Shown piece by piece: positions 59,948 to 64,000 of a stretch of DNA of 64,000 nucleotides. The translations under genes and the position numbers were made by a program. Within the stretch, counting starts at the first letter, position 1; each line of letters begins with the position of its first letter. Source of the DNA: Candidatus Saccharimonadota bacterium (GTDB taxonomy: Bacteria > Patescibacteriota > Saccharimonadia > Saccharimonadales > SZUA-47); the NCBI GenBank assembly GCA_016700315.1, contig CP065013.1, positions 641,449-705,448 of the forward strand, written 5' to 3'. The notes beneath the pieces are model-generated. The model saw nothing but the letters and a program-made list of their open reading frames with translations. It had not been told where the DNA came from and did not search any database.

Positions 59948-60498
59948 TAAAACAGGCACCAGAAAGCACAAGCGAACAAGTAGCTTGTTCTTTCTGATTA
60001 TTGGCTATCTTGCGTTTTTGTTCTTACGGTACTCACTGCACCGTACCTGGTGTACGGCTCGTTGCGTTCGGTAAGGCAAATACGCAACCTAGCTCAATCC
60101 TGATTCATCAGGGGTGGCTTACCCTCCGCCTTGTCCGAAACGAGTTCGAACTTCGGCCCTCCCGCCTAAAGTTCGCCTGACGGCTCGTTTAACCATGGCG
60201 CTTGGCGGTTCGCAGTCATAAAATCCGAACTAGCTCAATCCTAATAGCCTAGAAGTGAGAATGGACTTTATCACCAATTGCAGTTAGTAGTAGCTTGAAC
60301 TTCGCCATCAAACAAACAGCTCTAAAATTTAGCGAGCCATTTGCATAACAAAGAGCCTAGATGTGGGTTCTTCAGGTATTAAAAGAGTTCGGGTGTTAAT
60401 TGTAAATCATAACGAGATTTGCGTTGCAATATTATTAAAAAACTAGAAAAACTTCGTATTACTACAATAATTGTAAGATTTGATGCTACAATTTAGCC

Positions 60499-61227
60499 AT
60501 GGATAATATGGGGCCAAAGCCAAGATTACATTTATTTGGATTTCTTGACGAAACAGGTTTATTGCACAACCCAATTGATAGGGTTTTCGGGCTTGGGTTT
60601 ATTTGTACTCCAAACACTAAAGAGCTGCATAGAGCAATAATCACACTAAAGAACAAAAGGAGATTCCATAAGGAATTCAAGTTCTCTGATATTAGTAAGC
60701 AAAACCTGCCCATTTATGTGGAGTTGATTGATATATTTTTTGCCTGCACTAATGCTAGGTTTCATTCTTTGGTAATAGATAAGGCATCGCTATCTGTGAC
60801 AGAGCTTAAGAAGTCACATCAAAAAGCATATAATAAGTTTGCTGCAGAGCTTATCTCTAATGCGATAGACAAAGGGAATTCACATCAGAGCGAGTATATA
60901 ACTGTTCTGGCTGACGATGTTTCGACCAGAAAAGACGATAAGTTTGAAAAAACAGTTAGGGAAAGGATACGAAAAGATCACAGGCGTAATGCTTTATTCG
61001 GAATAGCGAGATTCGAGTCTCATGCCGTTTCTGAGATTCAGCTAGTAGACGTTCTTTTGGGCTTAGTGGCCTATAGTTTCAAAATTAAGTATGGGATTAT
61101 TAATGGTTCTGGTGCAAAATTGCGTTTACTGAAACATTTGCAGCTAAGCCTTAAGGTAGATATCATGGCAAAAACACAAGTTATCCAGCTTAGAAAAGGG
61201 GACAGGTTTGAGGTTGTCGAAAAATGA
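60499..61227 (+). CDS. DUF3800-family protein
   Basis: N-terminal FGFLDETG (compare y.DESG) and C-terminal ESHAVSEIQLVDVLLG (compare dS..s.giQlaDl.a). Confidence 0.6.
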   Translation: MDNMGPKPRLHLFGFLDETGLLHNPIDRVFGLGFICTPNTKELHRAIITLKNKRRFHKEFKFSDISKQNLPIYVELIDIFFACTNARFHSLVIDKASLSVTELKKSHQKAYNKFAAELISNAIDKGNSHQSEYITVLADDVSTRKDDKFEKTVRERIRKDHRRNALFGIARFESHAVSEIQLVDVLLGLVAYSFKIKYGIINGSGAKLRLLKHLQLSLKVDIMAKTQVIQLRKGDRFEVVEK

Positions 61228-61345
61228 AAAATAGATGGCGCTTTGGGTCCTACAATCAACAAGGATCAACCCACGCACTTCCATCTACAATTAGAGGTTA
61301 CACTATTATATCAAAAAAGTCAATCAGAATGCGTGGTGCTAGCTA

Positions 61346-62389
61346 ATGAAAAAGGTGTTCGTAGGGCTATCTGGTGGTGTTGATAGTTCCGTTGCGGCTT
61401 TGCTTTTAAAAGAGCAGGGCTACGACGTGGTCGGCGCGCATATGAAAAACTGGACTAAAAGTTTGCCGGGTTTTGCTTGTCCTTGGCGGGAGGATTATCA
61501 GGACGCCAAAAGAGTCGCCGTGCAGTTAGGTATACCATTTGAGTTATTTGATTTTGAGCAGCAGTACTTCGACAAGGTTGTGCAGTATATGCTCGATGAG
61601 TTTAAGCGAGGTGTTACACCAAACCCTGATGTCATGTGTAATCAAGAAATTAAGTTTAAGCTGTTTTTAGACATGGCGCTTGACCGTGACGCAGATTTTA
61701 TAGCTACAGGACACTACGCAGCCATCAGCCATCAGCCTTCGGCCGTCAGTTTAAGTATGGCTAAGGACGCGAACAAAGATCAAACCTACTTTCTGTACCG
61801 CGTAACGGAAAAGGCGCTCAAAAAGACTCTTTTTCCGCTGGGAGATCTAACTAAGAAAGAGGTGCGAGGAATTGCCAAAAAGGCCGGGCTAGTTACGGCC
61901 GACAAAAAAGAATCTATGGGCATTTGTTTTGTCGGTAAAGTTGGCATCAAGGAGTTTTTGAGCCAATACATCGAAACTAAACCCGGTAAGATAAAAGACC
62001 AGAACGGTGTGGTTCTTGGTGAGCATGACGGCGCAATTTTTTACACAATTGGGCAACGTAACGGGCTCGGTGTTGGCGGCGGTTTGCCGTATTACGTTAC
62101 GGGTAAGAATATGACTAAAAACGAAGTATACGTAACTAGCCAACTTGATGACCCTAAACTGTGGCTTAGTAAAGTTCGTCTAAATAGTATTCATCTCATC
62201 AACCATAAACTACCAACTATCAACCATAAACCCTTGCTCGTTCGGACACGCCATCGCGGCCCCCTTGTGCCTGCCAAGCTAGAAGGCAATAAGCTTATTT
62301 TCGATGAGCCGCAAAGAGCACTTACTCCAGGCCAATCTGCAGTTTTTTACAACGGTCAAATCTGCCTCGGCGGCGGAATAATTACTTAG
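61346..62389 (+). CDS. mnmA: tRNA 2-thiouridine(34) synthase
   Basis: VGLSGGVDSSVAA (PP-loop), NPDVMCNQEIKF, ATGHYA, KDQTYFLY, MGICFVG. Confidence 0.9.
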   Translation: MKKVFVGLSGGVDSSVAALLLKEQGYDVVGAHMKNWTKSLPGFACPWREDYQDAKRVAVQLGIPFELFDFEQQYFDKVVQYMLDEFKRGVTPNPDVMCNQEIKFKLFLDMALDRDADFIATGHYAAISHQPSAVSLSMAKDANKDQTYFLYRVTEKALKKTLFPLGDLTKKEVRGIAKKAGLVTADKKESMGICFVGKVGIKEFLSQYIETKPGKIKDQNGVVLGEHDGAIFYTIGQRNGLGVGGGLPYYVTGKNMTKNEVYVTSQLDDPKLWLSKVRLNSIHLINHKLPTINHKPLLVRTRHRGPLVPAKLEGNKLIFDEPQRALTPGQSAVFYNGQICLGGGIIT

Positions 62390-62416
62390 AGACAAATCCA
62401 TGCTAGAATAACAGAT

Positions 62417-64000
62417 ATGACAGCGCAGGAAATTAGAAACAAGTATTTAGATTTTTTTTCTAAACGTGGACATGCCCAAATTCCGCGTGCTTTGTTGGTA
62501 CCATATAACGACCCAACTACTCTTTTTACTGGCTCCGGCATGCAGCCGCTAATTCAGTATTTGCTAGGCGAGCCTCATCCAGAAGGCACCAAATTAGTCG
62601 ATAGCCAGACTTGTCTTAGGGCTCAGGACATAGATGAGGTTGGTGACAACCGCCACACAACTTTCTTTGAAATGCTTGGTAATTGGAGTTTGGGCGACTA
62701 TTTTAAGGCCGAGCAGTTGCCTTGGTTTTTTGAATTTTTGACAGATGTGGTTGGCTTGGATCCGAACAAACTCTATGTCACGACTTTTATTGGTGATAAG
62801 GATAACGGGATCCCACGAGACACAGAAAGTGCTGAACTTTGGGCTGGATTGTTCAAGCAAAAAGGTATCGAGGCTAAAGCCGTCGAAATAGGCTCTGAAG
62901 CAGATGGCTACGCCAAAGGTATGCAAGGTGGCCGTATTTTTTATTATGACGCTAGCAAAAACTGGTGGTGCAGAGCTGGCAAAATTGGCGATATGCCGGC
63001 AGGTGAGCCCGGGGGGCCAGACAGCGAAGTTTTCTACGAATTTGACTTTGTAGAACATGATCCAAAATGGGGCCAAAACTGTCACCCAAACTGTGACTGT
63101 GGTCGCTACATGGAAATTGGTAACAGTGTTTTCATGGAGTATTTACGCACAGAGAAAGGCTTTGAAAAGCTACCGAAGCAAAATGTTGACTTCGGTGCTG
63201 GCCTGGAGCGTATCGCCGCTGCTGCGATAAACAGTCCAGACATGTTCAAGATCAGCGTCATCTGGCCAATAGTCGAGAAACTCGAAGCTATCAGCGGTGT
63301 GAAATATGATTTTACTCCCGGTGATTTGGGATACGAGAAGATGCCGGATTGCTGGCTAGATACTATGAAGTCGATGCGTGTGATCGCTGATCATTTGCGG
63401 GCAGCAACTTTCTTGGCTGTCGATGGAGTAAGCCCGAGCAACAAAGAGCAGGGTTATGTGATGCGCCGACTCTTGCGCCGTGCTATTCGCTTTGCATTTG
63501 ATCTGGGTATTGAACAGAACTTCTTAGAACAGATCGTGCCAGTTATTGCCGATATTTACCATGCAGATTTCCCGGAAGTTGCCGCCAATCGCCAGCAAGT
63601 TATCGAAACGCTAGTCAAGGAAGAAAAAGTCTTCCGCCAGACTCTAAGAAAAGGCCTGAAAGAGTTTGAGAAAATATTCCAATCGAGTCAAGAGTCAGGA
63701 GTCATGAGTCAAGGAGAAGCTCTGTTTAGGCTTTATGACACCTATGGTTTTCCTATTGAATTAAGCGTTGAGGAAGCTTCTAAACGAGGCATTGAATTAG
63801 AATCAGATTGGCGTGAGCAATTTGACGGCAAAATGGCTGAGCAAAAAGCGCGTAGTCAGACAGCGAGCAAGGGAGTGTTCAAAGGTGGGCTTGGTGGCCA
63901 AACCATGCAGCACAAGAAATACCACACGGCAACTCATCTAATGTATCAAGCGCTGCGCGATGTGCTTGGCGACCATGTTATTCAGCGCGGCAGTAACATT
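62417..64000 (+). CDS. alaS: alanyl-tRNA synthetase, 3' end outside window
   Basis: Hand-translated: MTAQEIRNKYLDFFSKRGHAQIPRALLVPYNDPTTLFTGSGMQ..., FEMLGNWSLGDYFK, GGPDSEVFYEF, GNSVFMEY. The frame is open to nt 64000 and is absent from the track because no stop lies in the window. Confidence 0.9.
   Translation, partial: MTAQEIRNKYLDFFSKRGHAQIPRALLVPYNDPTTLFTGSGMQPLIQYLLGEPHPEGTKLVDSQTCLRAQDIDEVGDNRHTTFFEMLGNWSLGDYFKAEQLPWFFEFLTDVVGLDPNKLYVTTFIGDKDNGIPRDTESAELWAGLFKQKGIEAKAVEIGSEADGYAKGMQGGRIFYYDASKNWWCRAGKIGDMPAGEPGGPDSEVFYEFDFVEHDPKWGQNCHPNCDCGRYMEIGNSVFMEYLRTEKGFEKLPKQNVDFGAGLERIAAAAINSPDMFKISVIWPIVEKLEAISGVKYDFTPGDLGYEKMPDCWLDTMKSMRVIADHLRAATFLAVDGVSPSNKEQGYVMRRLLRRAIRFAFDLGIEQNFLEQIVPVIADIYHADFPEVAANRQQVIETLVKEEKVFRQTLRKGLKEFEKIFQSSQESGVMSQGEALFRLYDTYGFPIELSVEEASKRGIELESDWREQFDGKMAEQKARSQTASKGVFKGGLGGQTMQHKKYHTATHLMYQALRDVLGDHVIQRGSNI

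Noticed and set aside
60040-60066. On the minus strand, GAGCCGTAC-ACCAG-GTACGGTGC resembles group II intron domain V (GAGCCGUAU...ACGUACGGUUC).
   Set aside because: The hairpin is only ~7 bp with a 5-nt loop, whereas domain V is 34 nt with a bulge and a GNRA loop. There is no reverse transcriptase or other intron domain.
62594-63085. 163-aa minus-strand ORF.
   Set aside because: It is antisense to the clearly recognisable alaS reading frame.

Overview
The window is gene-dense and mostly +-strand. By inference it comes from a small-genome, monoderm-type bacterium, probably Candidate Phyla Radiation / Saccharibacteria-like. This rests on the LPXTG surface protein, divergent housekeeping proteins, tRNAs with encoded CCA and no obvious outer-membrane genes; no database was consulted.

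Supported content:
- A lower-glycolysis cluster: eno, an LdhA-like/dPGM fusion, adk-like, ppsA, pyk, pgk, tpiA, plus an orphan ThiG-like gene.
- Housekeeping genes: pcrA, rsmA, metG, tatD, a cysteine desulfurase, mnmA and partial alaS.
- An F-type ATPase operon (b, delta, alpha, gamma, beta, epsilon) with no a or c gene at the usual position.
- Transporters: an RND permease, an MFS transporter and a MacB-type ABC pair.
- Five tRNAs (Glu, Phe, Gly, Cys-like, Leu) and a tmRNA.
- A six-gene locus of secreted and anchored beta-rich proteins at 52.1-59.9 kb.

Most unusual signals:
1. A dispersed family of 120-380-bp intergenic elements built almost entirely of abutting runs of 7-nt tandem repeats. 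They are concentrated around the surface-protein locus, and the same repeat types also sit in frame inside three genes.
2. The surface-protein locus itself: paralogs with variable N-terminal and conserved C-terminal halves, plus a DUF916/DUF3324-like anchored protein.
3. An aldehyde dehydrogenase gene tightly bracketed by ~105-bp inverted repeats directly downstream of two tRNAs.
4. tRNA genes flanked by duplicated tRNA fragments and a shared structured mini-element.
5. A tmRNA and a tRNA-Cys-like gene that share a non-canonical T-arm.

All homology statements come from motif recognition by eye and need HMM or covariance-model confirmation.
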